A DNA stretch of 58,138 bases from positions 1-58,138 of the forward strand of contig DALYIB010000001.1 of NCBI GenBank assembly GCA_031970595.1, read 5' to 3'. This document shows, in pieces, positions 49,397-58,138 of this stretch (the first letter of the stretch is position 1; each line of letters starts with the position of its first letter). A program made the position numbers and the translations under genes. The notes below the pieces were generated by a model that searched no databases, was not told the origin of the DNA, and saw nothing but the letters and a program-made list of their open reading frames with translations. The stretch is from Pseudobdellovibrio sp. GTDB lineage: Bacteria > Bdellovibrionota > Bdellovibrionia > Bdellovibrionales > Bdellovibrionaceae.

Positions 49397-50356
49397 CTAG
49401 CTATCTGAATTCGAGTAGTTCAGAACTTGTCCACCAAAGAAAATCAGAATAGCGATCACCATTCCCGCGATCAGCAACCACTTCAAAATATAACCAAAAG
49501 CAAACCCGTCCGACTTGTCTTCGATTTGTCCTATATCTTTAGTCGGTGGTGGCGTGACGGTTCCTCGTCGCGGACCCGGACGCATTCCTTCTTCGGTGGC
49601 CTGAGCAATTTTGCGAGCCTCGGCCTTGCGGGGTTTTTTCCGGTCTTCTTTTTTCTCAAGCTCATCATAGTATTCACCAGCGACAGCTTTGTATCTGTTC
49701 CGGTATTGATATCGCACCGTACGGCTGCCTCCACGGTCACGCCCATAGCCTCTGCCATTCCCAGCACCGTCTTCTTCTTCGATCAGCTTGACCTTGTCAC
49801 TGCCTGACGTGGCTCCATCGCCCAAACCAATACTACGGCCACGAGAAATTGTTCCGTTCGCATAGGGGCTCGATGCGTTAGCCCCGGCCCCAGAAACACC
49901 CGACCGACCGTCGCTGTCCGAGCCTTTATCGCCTGATTTTTTAGCTGCATCCGCGTTTTTAGAATCGGATCCACTGCCCGATCCCGACCCACTACCCGAT
50001 TTTGAATTATCTTTTCGATTGGAAGCCTGAGAGCTTGAACTGCTTCCTGAAGAAGAATTGCCGCCCGTGGTTAAGGAAGCGCCTTTTGTTATAGAAAATT
50101 GGGCCTTACAATTCGAGGTGTCTGCAGCAGAAGCATAACTGAGCTTCGGTAACTCTCCATAATCCATTAAACAAATAAAGTAATCACCGATATAGGACGA
50201 AATAAACTGATTCGCTCCAGCAAACAATCCTTTCGCTGCTAGTAATAGCGCCACCATCACTACTAATAAAAGAACATACTCAATCACGGCCTGACCGGCT
50301 TGATTGCGTAAAGTTCTTTTTGTACTAAAAATCAGTAAATTCTGGCCTTGTTTCAC
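49397..50356 (-). CDS. Flp/TadE-type prepilin-motif protein with low-complexity linker and C-terminal TM
   Basis: NQAG|QAVIEY followed by a hydrophobic helix, a Gly/Ser-rich middle, and a C-terminal hydrophobic helix. Confidence 0.65.
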   Translation of the reverse strand: MKQGQNLLIFSTKRTLRNQAGQAVIEYVLLLVVMVALLLAAKGLFAGANQFISSYIGDYFICLMDYGELPKLSYASAADTSNCKAQFSITKGASLTTGGNSSSGSSSSSQASNRKDNSKSGSGSGSGSGSDSKNADAAKKSGDKGSDSDGRSGVSGAGANASSPYANGTISRGRSIGLGDGATSGSDKVKLIEEEDGAGNGRGYGRDRGGSRTVRYQYRNRYKAVAGEYYDELEKKEDRKKPRKAEARKIAQATEEGMRPGPRRGTVTPPPTKDIGQIEDKSDGFAFGYILKWLLIAGMVIAILIFFGGQVLNYSNSDS

Positions 50357-50376
50357 TATTTTATTTATCGGTACAA

Positions 50377-51489
50377 TTGATGAAATTCCGTATGATTATG
50401 ATAAACAGATATTCGACTATTTTTAATATTCTGGCCCTTGCCTGTATCAGTTTGATACAAGTTTCCGCTATTGCACAAAGCAGTGCCTCTTCATTGTCTA
50501 ATGCCTTCCCTTTTGGAGCGGTAACAAACAACCCGCAACAACAGCAACAGCAAGGAGCCGCCAAATATTCCCAATTCATGTCTATTTGCAGGCAAGAAAA
50601 ACATGCCGAGATTTATATGAGTTCGGATGTCAGCAAAAAAAGACTTCAGCTGCTTGAAAGCAAACTCAAAGAAAATGCTACGAACTCGACAGTTGTAATG
50701 GCTTATTTAAAAGAATTTCTTATTCAAAAAAACTATAAAGAGTTTGATGCTAAGTACGCCAAACACAAAGAGGCTCTCAATGATGAGGATCTGGTATTGG
50801 TCAATGCTGATGTTGAACTTTTTAAAAAAAATTACCCCGCTGCCGTTTCAACTCTTGAAAAGTATCTCAAAGATCACAGCAAATCGACTCGTGCACTATT
50901 AAAGCTGGCCGAGGTCCATAAGGCGCGTGAAAGTTATTCTGAAGCCAGAGATATCTATAACGATTTGGCCAAAGAAAATCCCAAGCTCGATTTGTCCAAA
51001 GAACTTTGCGAAAATTACATGTTAGATTCATTACATCGTGATGCCGAAACACAGTGTTTCAAGGCTCTTCAAAAGCATCCTCAGGATTATTTAATTCCCA
51101 TTTATCTTGGAATTTCATATCGGGAACAAGAGCTTTTTGATAAGGCCACCGAGCAATTTAAGGCCTCTTTAAAAATACAGCCCAGCGAATTTGCATACAG
51201 CTGTTTGGGCGAGCTTAAGCAAATTGATAAAAAAAATGCAGATGCTCTCGACTTCTTCAAGCAGGCATTAGATGCCGATTCCAAATCTTATCGAGCCCAT
51301 CTAGGTATCGCACAGTCATATTTTGCTGAAAAAAAATATGCAGAATCATTAGAAAGTTATAAGGCTGCGTGCAGACTTAATCCCAAGGATTTAGATGGCT
51401 TCAAAAAAGCCTTTAAAGATTTAAACGATGGCAAATCGAAATTTGCCAATCAGTTTTTAACTGAAATTCAAAACTGCAAAAGAAACTAA
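50377..51489 (+). CDS. Secreted TPR-repeat protein
   Basis: Signal-like N-terminus and repeated TPR patterns. Exact start uncertain (50377-50398). Confidence 0.75.
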   Translation: MMKFRMIMINRYSTIFNILALACISLIQVSAIAQSSASSLSNAFPFGAVTNNPQQQQQQGAAKYSQFMSICRQEKHAEIYMSSDVSKKRLQLLESKLKENATNSTVVMAYLKEFLIQKNYKEFDAKYAKHKEALNDEDLVLVNADVELFKKNYPAAVSTLEKYLKDHSKSTRALLKLAEVHKARESYSEARDIYNDLAKENPKLDLSKELCENYMLDSLHRDAETQCFKALQKHPQDYLIPIYLGISYREQELFDKATEQFKASLKIQPSEFAYSCLGELKQIDKKNADALDFFKQALDADSKSYRAHLGIAQSYFAEKKYAESLESYKAACRLNPKDLDGFKKAFKDLNDGKSKFANQFLTEIQNCKRN

Positions 51490-51983
51490 TTTGAAAATAA
51501 TCCTTTTACCAAAGGATTCACATTTAATAAAATATGATTTTGCTCTGAAATTTTAGAATCTGTTGCATTCGAAAAAACCAGACATTTATGAGTCGATGCA
51601 CGTAAAAAACGAAAATCATAAATATCAAAACCCTGGTTAACAATCGTGACAGCAAATTGAAAGGCCGCAACAACACTGTTTGTTTCATAGCACGCTAAGT
51701 GCTCTAGTGGCATAATTTCAGTTTGACTGAGATAAGCTTTGACCACTTTTTCGGGGACATCGGTAAATATTTGAAACCGAACGTCCTTAAGTTGCTCTGC
51801 CTGACTTTGCAAAAAAGGAAAATGATCTTGATTGCTCAAGTTCAAAATAAGAACGGCGCCCGCAGGAGTTGGTGAAATTTCAAAAATATTTTCTTCTAAT
51901 AAAAACGAGCACTGATTCAATAAACTCAGCGCTTGAGCGTAGCTCGTGCTTTCAAGGACGAATAAATTTTTATACAGGCTCAA
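51486..51983 (-). CDS. Divergent tandem BMC-domain (PduT-like) protein
   Basis: VLESTSYAQA...PAG and ACYETNSVVAA...KCLV parallel the two BMC repeats of PduT as remembered. TTG start at 51983 after GGGGA (alternative 51995). Confidence 0.5.
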   Translation of the reverse strand: MSLYKNLFVLESTSYAQALSLLNQCSFLLEENIFEISPTPAGAVLILNLSNQDHFPFLQSQAEQLKDVRFQIFTDVPEKVVKAYLSQTEIMPLEHLACYETNSVVAAFQFAVTIVNQGFDIYDFRFLRASTHKCLVFSNATDSKISEQNHILLNVNPLVKGLFSN

Positions 51984-53346
51984 CGATTTCCCCAATCAAA
52001 TCATATTCCATACTGTCTGTAATTAACACCTTCACTAAATCGCCGGTTTTGGCCTGACCATCATTAATCAAAACGATTCCGTCAATATCAGGCGCCTGCT
52101 GCGACGTGCGGCCCTGTAATAGCAATTCAGTTTCCTCGCTGTAACCTTCGACCATAACTTCAACTGTTTTGCCAATAAAGGCTTTGTGTTTTTCACGCGA
52201 AATATTTTGTTGAATTTGCATAACTGCATCAAATCGGGCTTGTTTTGTTTCTTCGTCAACTTGCTCTGACATTTTTCCACCCGGAGTATTTTCCTCGGGT
52301 GAATACTGAAAACAACCAACGCGATCAAACTTTTGTTCAGCTATGAATTTTAAAAGTTCTTCGAAATTTTCCTGAGTTTCACCTGGGAAGCCCACAATGA
52401 ACTGAGTTCGAATCACAGCATCTGGAATGTTCGTGCGAATTTTATTAAGGGCTTCTTCAATTTCTGCACGAGTCATTTTTCGGTTCATATTTTTAAGAAC
52501 ATTATTGTTGATATGTTGTAATGGCATATCAAAGTACTTCACAAATTTTTTATTGTTCTTAATCAAATCGATCATTTCATCTGTGATTCCATCTGGATAT
52601 AGATACAACAAACGAATCCATTCGATCCCGTCGACCTTGGCTAGCTCGCGAAGCAATTCAACAGGCGATTCTTTGGCCGCAGGATCTTTACGGCGCAAGT
52701 CCCAACCATAATCTGTAAAATCATGACTAATGATAATAAGTTCTTTAACGCCGCCAGCAGCTAAAAGCTTAGCTTCGTTCACAATGTTTGGAATTGTTCT
52801 TGATTGTAAATTTCCACGGATCAGTGGAATCGCACAAAAAGCACAACGCTTCATACAGCCCTCAGAAATTTTTAAATAGGCGCGGTGGCCCGGCTGTGAA
52901 TTCACACGTGGAGTGCTTTCTTCTTGCAAGTACGTTGGCAAATTAAAAAATGTTTTTTTAGTGTCACCTTGGTCGTGATTTTTCAAAATTTTAGAAATAT
53001 TTTGAAACTCTCCAGATCCGACAAACAAATCTGCCTCGGGCAATCCTTCGACCAATTCGTCTTTATAGCGCTGAGTTAAGCACCCCGCGACGACAACTTT
53101 GTTGATTTTTCCCTGTTCTTTTAAAGTCGACATATCAAGGATTCGCTGAATAGATTCTGTTTTAGAGTCTTCGATAAATCCGCACGTGTTCACGATGACT
53201 GTGTCTGCGCCCTCTGCATCGCCGACCACTTCGTAACCGTCTTTCATTAAAGTGCCGGCCATAATTTCGCTATCAACAAGATTTTTAGGACAACCCAGGC
53301 TGATAAAGTGAACTTTCTTTTTTGTCTGTGTTTCTTGAGTTTTCAT
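51970..53346 (-). CDS. rimO: Ribosomal protein S12 methylthiotransferase
   Basis: SLGCPKNLVDSE, NTCGFI and AYLKISEGCMKRCAFCAIP motifs; C-terminal TRAM with APDIDG. Confidence 0.97.
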   Translation of the reverse strand: MKTQETQTKKKVHFISLGCPKNLVDSEIMAGTLMKDGYEVVGDAEGADTVIVNTCGFIEDSKTESIQRILDMSTLKEQGKINKVVVAGCLTQRYKDELVEGLPEADLFVGSGEFQNISKILKNHDQGDTKKTFFNLPTYLQEESTPRVNSQPGHRAYLKISEGCMKRCAFCAIPLIRGNLQSRTIPNIVNEAKLLAAGGVKELIIISHDFTDYGWDLRRKDPAAKESPVELLRELAKVDGIEWIRLLYLYPDGITDEMIDLIKNNKKFVKYFDMPLQHINNNVLKNMNRKMTRAEIEEALNKIRTNIPDAVIRTQFIVGFPGETQENFEELLKFIAEQKFDRVGCFQYSPEENTPGGKMSEQVDEETKQARFDAVMQIQQNISREKHKAFIGKTVEVMVEGYSEETELLLQGRTSQQAPDIDGIVLINDGQAKTGDLVKVLITDSMEYDLIGEIVEPV

Positions 53347-54005
53347 TACATGACCTCGTCATTTTTGTTTCTTTTGTATTCGAATATGCCCGCTGGAGCT
53401 TTTTTCAAAAATTCTGTTTTCTTGAACTCAATCGTCGTTTCCGTTTGAACATCATCTGTAAAAGAAATCGTATTAATCAAGTTTTTGAATGTATTAAATT
53501 GAATTTTAAAATTTTTGATCGATTTATCTTTTGAATTGTATTCAACAGTATAAAACTTGCCTTCGTCTTTTTTATTAATGACCTTAAAGTTTTGCTTAAA
53601 CTGATCGGGAGATTTGAATAAATTAACCAACTGTTGAGCTAATGCCGGCTTGTGATCTGACATTTCCGTCACCTTACGTTTTCCTTTAGGATCAAAATCT
53701 AAATCTGGATAATCAATAATCCATAGTTTTTTTCCATTAAAAATAATCTCAGATTTTCTGTCGCTTTGAATGACTATATTTATTTTACCGGCTGAATAAT
53801 TCAGTGTGCCTGCAGCGGTTTGATTTAATCCAAGCGTCTTTTTAGAATCAGTTTTTTGAAATTCGGCTTTGATTCCCGCCACACTCGAGTACTTTTCCAG
53901 GACCTTATCCACACTAAAAGTTTCTGCGGCCATACAAATTGAATTAGTAAAAACCAACAACAGCACTAGATATAGTTTGCGACTAAAAACAGAAAATTTT
54001 AACAT
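53346..54005 (-). CDS. lolA: LolA-family outer membrane lipoprotein carrier
   Basis: Signal peptide; AEF.K...GTL.....K, IIFNGKKLWI.D and TTIEF patterns; position before rimO. Confidence 0.7.
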   Translation of the reverse strand: MLKFSVFSRKLYLVLLLVFTNSICMAAETFSVDKVLEKYSSVAGIKAEFQKTDSKKTLGLNQTAAGTLNYSAGKINIVIQSDRKSEIIFNGKKLWIIDYPDLDFDPKGKRKVTEMSDHKPALAQQLVNLFKSPDQFKQNFKVINKKDEGKFYTVEYNSKDKSIKNFKIQFNTFKNLINTISFTDDVQTETTIEFKKTEFLKKAPAGIFEYKRNKNDEVM

Positions 54006-54065
54006 GGGGGTGTTTTACCATAAGTTCAGTGAAAACAACAACCTATCGGATTATAAATATTCAGT

Positions 54066-54728
54066 TTATGTTCTATAAAACAAACTCAGTCCTACAATCG
54101 TACAAGATCTGTTCCCAAGTTGAACTAATTGCTTATGAACAATACTGCTCGCCGCCTGCATCGTTGCACCTGTTGTTATAATATCATCTACTATGATTAC
54201 AACGGCGCCCTTTGGGACTCGCTGTGTAAAATCTTCATTCCAAGATAAACAAATATTGAATCGCTGCTTGCGATTCAATTGCTTTTGCTGTTCGCCATTA
54301 AAATGAATCAGCGCATTCAATAAAACTTGACCACTCATTTGTTCCGCCAGCGATTTGGCAAAAAAATGTGTATGGTACGAGGTAGAGCGCCCAGGAACAG
54401 GTATAAAAATCAGCTGTTTGTTTTTGCTAAGATGAGGTTCTAATTCTTTTAAAATTTCTTTCGTCAGATCTTGCCAAATTTTCTGACTGCTAAACCTTTT
54501 TAAATGATAGATCAGTTCAGACAACATGTCGCTTTCAAAGCGCTTCCATTCGATGAACGAATACACCGGGAATTGTTTGAACTGATTCAATTGAATCAAT
54601 CGCGATCGGTCCGCGATCAGTCGATCATAGCAAGACTGACAAAATAAATATTTGTGTTTGATAAAAGAATGACAGCCGATACAAAAAGGACATGTTATTT
54701 CCAAGCAAATATGATCAATGAGGTCCAT
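54066..54728 (-). CDS. comF: ComF-family phosphoribosyltransferase-like protein
   Basis: N-terminal CxxC...CxxC; IPVP and VDDIITTGAT motifs. Confidence 0.85.
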   Translation of the reverse strand: MDLIDHICLEITCPFCIGCHSFIKHKYLFCQSCYDRLIADRSRLIQLNQFKQFPVYSFIEWKRFESDMLSELIYHLKRFSSQKIWQDLTKEILKELEPHLSKNKQLIFIPVPGRSTSYHTHFFAKSLAEQMSGQVLLNALIHFNGEQQKQLNRKQRFNICLSWNEDFTQRVPKGAVVIIVDDIITTGATMQAASSIVHKQLVQLGNRSCTIVGLSLFYRT

Positions 54729-54792
54729 GCCCCGTATAGATCAAAATCTGAACCGAGAATAAAAGAATAAGGCACAACAACAAGAAATGGAT

Positions 54793-55263
54793 TTAGATAT
54801 TGTGGTACGGAATTCGGTTTAGAATCGTCAAACCGCGATAGATTTGCTCAAGCACGACAGCCTCAGCAACCAAGTGATTTAAAACCATTTTTGAAAGACT
54901 GACTTTAAGGTGAGCTTTTTGAAATATGTGATCTGAAACGCCATATGCCCCACCAATTAAAAAAACGACACGCTTTTTTCCGGACAAAGTGGACTTTTCC
55001 AAAGCCACAGAAAACTGCAGGCTATCCAAATCTTTACCCTTTTCGTCAAAAAGAATAATGTAATCATCCGAGGTTAGTTTTTTTAACAGCTCTGTTTCTT
55101 CGAATTTTTTTTTAGCTTCTTTGTCTTGGCGCTCTTGTTTAAGCGTTTTTAAGGATTGGACTTCAAACGTCCAAAAGGGATTAATTTTTTTGACATAAAG
55201 AGCCTGCAGTTCTTCGAACCAAGGCTCTTTTGCTGTCTTGAAATCAATAAGGATGCTTTTCAC
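54793..55263 (-). CDS. rlmH: 23S rRNA m3Psi1915 methyltransferase
   Basis: DEKGK, FLIGGAYG and EQIYRG...PYH motifs. Confidence 0.95.
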   Translation of the reverse strand: MKSILIDFKTAKEPWFEELQALYVKKINPFWTFEVQSLKTLKQERQDKEAKKKFEETELLKKLTSDDYIILFDEKGKDLDSLQFSVALEKSTLSGKKRVVFLIGGAYGVSDHIFQKAHLKVSLSKMVLNHLVAEAVVLEQIYRGLTILNRIPYHNI

Positions 55264-55277
55264 AGAAGTTCAAAATT

Positions 55278-56291
55278 TTAGATTTTTTGATCTTTCAATG
55301 GAATTTCAACGCCATCTTTCCAGATGTCTTCCATTTTGTATTCTTGACGAACAAAATCATAGAACACATGGACAATCAGTGCACCGTAATCCACAACCAC
55401 CCAGCGACCTTCATCAACACCTTCTACGCCCTGTGGAAGCACATTGAATTCTTCTTTGACAGCCATCACTAAATTTTCGGCCATCGAGGCTGAGTGACGA
55501 GTACTTGTACCAGAAGCAATCAATGTGAAATCTGTTGTTGTTGCTAGTTTTTGCAAGTCAAAACCACGAACAGCAATTCCTTTTTTGTCGAACAAAACTT
55601 GTGCGCAAAATTCAGTGAATTTTTTGTAGTCAGTAATCTTTTCGTTCGTAGAGCGATATAATTTATTGTCTTTGATATAACGTTCAACAGCTAGTGGTAA
55701 ATATTTTTCTACTGGACGACCAACGCGTAATTTTTTGCGAAGCTCTGAAGAAGAAATGTCCAAGTCTTCTAAAGTGATAAACTCAACAGAGCGACCTGTT
55801 GTTAATTCAAGCGTACCAAAATCACTTTCCGCAACAAGGCCATTTAAATAATCAGGCCATTCATTTTCGGATTCATGTATTTGATAGCCTGGACGAGTCG
55901 TTACCACCAAATTCACTTCTTCAAGAATCTTTTTATAGTCTTTCCATTCGGAAAATGTTTCGAAATTATCTGCACCAATAATTAAATATAAATCTTTGGC
56001 GGCATATTCTTTTCTGAGTGATTGAATTGTATCAATCGTATAGCTTTTACCACCGCGCTTAAGCTCGGTGTCATCCACATAAAATGCAGATCCATATGTA
56101 GAAAAAGCCAATCGCGCCATTTCAATTCGGTGCTCGGGCCCCGGAGCCTCAGTTTGAATCTTAATTGGGTTTTGAAAGTTTGGGATGATATGAATTTTAT
56201 CAAAGCCCATCTTTTTTTGAACGGTTGTAATACTGTTAACGTGTCCATTGTGAGGCGGATTAAAACTGCCGCCAAAAATTCCTATTTTCAT
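55278..56291 (-). CDS. nadD: NadD-RsfS fusion (nicotinate-nucleotide adenylyltransferase + ribosome silencing factor)
   Basis: GGSFNPPHNGH, SYTIDT, IGAD and ISSSELR, followed in frame by DKKG...DF.LIASG.S.RH...W.VVDYG.L.VHVF..R..Y..E.IW. Confidence 0.93.
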   Translation of the reverse strand: MKIGIFGGSFNPPHNGHVNSITTVQKKMGFDKIHIIPNFQNPIKIQTEAPGPEHRIEMARLAFSTYGSAFYVDDTELKRGGKSYTIDTIQSLRKEYAAKDLYLIIGADNFETFSEWKDYKKILEEVNLVVTTRPGYQIHESENEWPDYLNGLVAESDFGTLELTTGRSVEFITLEDLDISSSELRKKLRVGRPVEKYLPLAVERYIKDNKLYRSTNEKITDYKKFTEFCAQVLFDKKGIAVRGFDLQKLATTTDFTLIASGTSTRHSASMAENLVMAVKEEFNVLPQGVEGVDEGRWVVVDYGALIVHVFYDFVRQEYKMEDIWKDGVEIPLKDQKI

Positions 56292-56301
56292 ATTCAGATC
56301 C

Positions 56302-57351
56302 TTAATAAGATTCTTCGAGTAAACCTTTTGATTTTAATATTTTATCCGCAACAAACTTTAAAAGCTCTTGCGTATTTTTTCCAGTGACACCAGAAATGGC
56401 GTGTGGTTCTAGGCCCGTTTTCTTTTTGAAATTTTGTTTGATTTTTTCAAGCTGTTCTTTCGGTAACAAATCGATTTTGTTTAGAACAACAATTTGTTCG
56501 CGTGAAGCAAGCGGGAAAAAACCGTCTTTTTCTTTGTTCATTTCGTCGTATTGTTGAATTTCATAGTTAATGTCGTCGAAATCCTGTAACGGATCGCGGC
56601 CGCTCATTCCAGAAACGTCTACTAAATGAATAAATAAAGATGTCCGTTCGATATGTTTTAAAAATTGAATCCCTAAACCAACACCTTGGTGCGCTCCCTT
56701 AATAAGACCCGGAATATCAGCAACCACAAAGCTGCTGTAATCGCCGACCTTAACGACTCCCAATTGTGGAGTTAAAGTCGTAAAGGGATAATCTGCAATT
56801 TTTGGTTTAGCTGCAGAGATACGAGAAATCAAAGTTGATTTACCGGCATTAGGAAAACCAATAATACCGACATCTGCAATAAGCTTTAGCTCAAGGATAA
56901 TCTCTCTGGATTCTCCGTCTTCGCCGGGCTGGGCATATTCAGGTGCCTGATTCACGCTGGTTTTAAAAAAGGCATTACCCTTACCACCGCGGCCACCATT
57001 TAAAATAGTTAATTCATCCACCTGAGTAAGATCATGCAAAACTTCGTTTGTTTCGGCGTCGCGGATAATTGTTCCTTCTGGAACAACAAGAGTAAGGTTT
57101 TCGCCATCGGCTCCGGCACAGTTAACGGCCATGCCCGCCTGTCCGTTCTGAGCAGCATATTTTTTGAAAGTTTTAAAGTCGACTAGGGAATTAATGTGTC
57201 GTGAAGTTTTGAAAATAACATTTCCGCCCTTACCGCCATCACCGCCATCGGGTCCACCTCGTGGAGCATAGGCTTCACGACGAAACGTCACAGCACCCGG
57301 ACCGCCGCGACCAGAGGAAATAGTAATTTTAACTTCATCAACAAACTTCAT
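56302..57351 (-). CDS. obgE: GTPase ObgE/CgtA
   Basis: MKFVDE start at 57351; GGPDGGDGG, GFPNAGKS, YPFTT, DIPG and NKID motifs. Confidence 0.98.
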   Translation of the reverse strand: MKFVDEVKITISSGRGGPGAVTFRREAYAPRGGPDGGDGGKGGNVIFKTSRHINSLVDFKTFKKYAAQNGQAGMAVNCAGADGENLTLVVPEGTIIRDAETNEVLHDLTQVDELTILNGGRGGKGNAFFKTSVNQAPEYAQPGEDGESREIILELKLIADVGIIGFPNAGKSTLISRISAAKPKIADYPFTTLTPQLGVVKVGDYSSFVVADIPGLIKGAHQGVGLGIQFLKHIERTSLFIHLVDVSGMSGRDPLQDFDDINYEIQQYDEMNKEKDGFFPLASREQIVVLNKIDLLPKEQLEKIKQNFKKKTGLEPHAISGVTGKNTQELLKFVADKILKSKGLLEESY

Positions 57352-57386
57352 AAAAACTTCTTTGAATTTTAAAAGACCACATGCAC

Positions 57387-57418
57387 ACAAAACAAAGGGA
57401 GCTTTGTTAAAAGCTCCC
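57387..57418 (-). terminator. Terminator-like hairpin between rpmA and obgE
   Basis: Minus-strand GGGAGCTTT-TAAC-AAAGCTCCC followed by TTTGTTTT. Confidence 0.7.
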
Positions 57419-57449
57419 CTCATCTACTTAATATATTTAAGTCTAGTTA

Positions 57450-57710
57450 TTACGCTACTTTTGGGTAAACGCTAACTTTAAATTTCTCTTTTGAAACTCT
57501 TTCAAATTTAACCAAACCTTCAATGATAGAATAGATCGTGTGATCACGACCGATTTTAACATTGTTTCCAGTTTTGAACTGAGTTCCACGCTGACGAACG
57601 ATAATCGTTCCAGCTTTAACTAATTGTCCACCAAATCTTTTTACACCTAAGCGCTTCGACTGTGAGTCCCGGCCGTTCTTCGTACTACCACCGGCTTTTT
57701 TACTTGCCAT
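57450..57710 (-). CDS. rpmA: 50S ribosomal protein L27
   Basis: [24 protein letters not shown] and GRDHT motifs. Confidence 0.99.
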   Translation of the reverse strand: MASKKAGGSTKNGRDSQSKRLGVKRFGGQLVKAGTIIVRQRGTQFKTGNNVKIGRDHTIYSIIEGLVKFERVSKEKFKVSVYPKVA

Positions 57711-57764
57711 GATTTAACTCCGTTTCTTTAAAAATTGTTTAATATTAATAATTACTTATCTAAA

Positions 57765-58138
57765 TTACTTTTTCTTTGCAGTTGTCTTCTTAGCCGTTTT
57801 TTTTGCAGCTGTTTTAGCTGAACGCTTAGAAGGGGCTTTTTTAGCTGCTGCTTTTTTTACAGTTGCTTTCTTCTTTGGAGCGGCTTTTTTAGCTTTTGGA
57901 GCTGGAGCAGCTGCTTTTTCAGAAGATTTGCCTACTGCTGCTTCTGCGCGTGCGCGAGAATCAGCAACTTTTTGTTCAACGCGTGCTTTTCTTAATGCAG
58001 CCATGTCTTTAACAACTGGTTTTGCATCAGTAGTCGCCGTTTGACCATCTGGTGAAGTGATTGATTTAACAAAAACTTCAGTAAAGCTTTGTTTGTGTGT
58101 TCCAAATTTTCTGTAGCTATGACGACGTTTTTTCTTGA
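57765..58138 (-). CDS. rplU: 50S ribosomal protein L21 with Lys/Ala-rich C-terminal extension (5' end beyond window)
   Basis: The frame is open to the window edge: KKKRRHSYRKFGTHKQSFTEVFVKSIT (L21 C-terminus) runs into the K/A/P tail; lies upstream of rpmA. Confidence 0.92.
   Translation of the reverse strand, partial: KKKRRHSYRKFGTHKQSFTEVFVKSITSPDGQTATTDAKPVVKDMAALRKARVEQKVADSRARAEAAVGKSSEKAAAPAPKAKKAAPKKKATVKKAAAKKAPSKRSAKTAAKKTAKKTTAKKK

Noticed and set aside
57765..58004. Stand-alone 79-aa histone-like protein
   Set aside because: The frame is open upstream into the L21 sequence, so this is the rplU tail.

Overview
AT-rich bacterial chromosome segment. Gene content and order suggest a predatory Bdellovibrionota-like organism (inference). 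Housekeeping blocks (tsf-pyrH-frr-uppS-cdsA-rseP-tsaB-rluD-pgeF; cystathionine enzymes; mdh-sucCD-ndk; rplU-rpmA-obgE-nadD/rsfS-rlmH-comF-lolA-rimO) flank a ~21.8 kb accessory biosynthetic island (8705-30522) that ends at the 3' end of tRNA-Phe. The island encodes recognisable homologs of the two core carbapenem enzymes: CarB/ThnE-type carboxymethylproline synthase and CarA/ThnM-type beta-lactam (carbapenam) synthetase, both with catalytic residues intact. They sit in one tightly coupled run with an ACP, an AMP-dependent ligase and a hexapeptide-repeat protein. Around them are an acyl-CoA carboxyltransferase, a Rieske oxygenase, a methyltransferase-like protein, eight non-cobalamin radical SAM enzymes (six with an N-terminal twitch domain, plus a domain-permuted pair) and two membrane-anchored SGNH paralogs. 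No CarC or CarF/G homolog is evident. This is a candidate new type of beta-lactam or carboxymethylproline-derived pathway. Outside the island are a 27-aa Lys-rich microprotein missing from the ORF track (with its own promoter, structured leader and terminator), an orphan PduT-like BMC shell protein, an H1-like tail on ribosomal protein L21 and a NadD-RsfS fusion. All homology calls come from visual motif recognition and remembered reference sequences; no searches were run.
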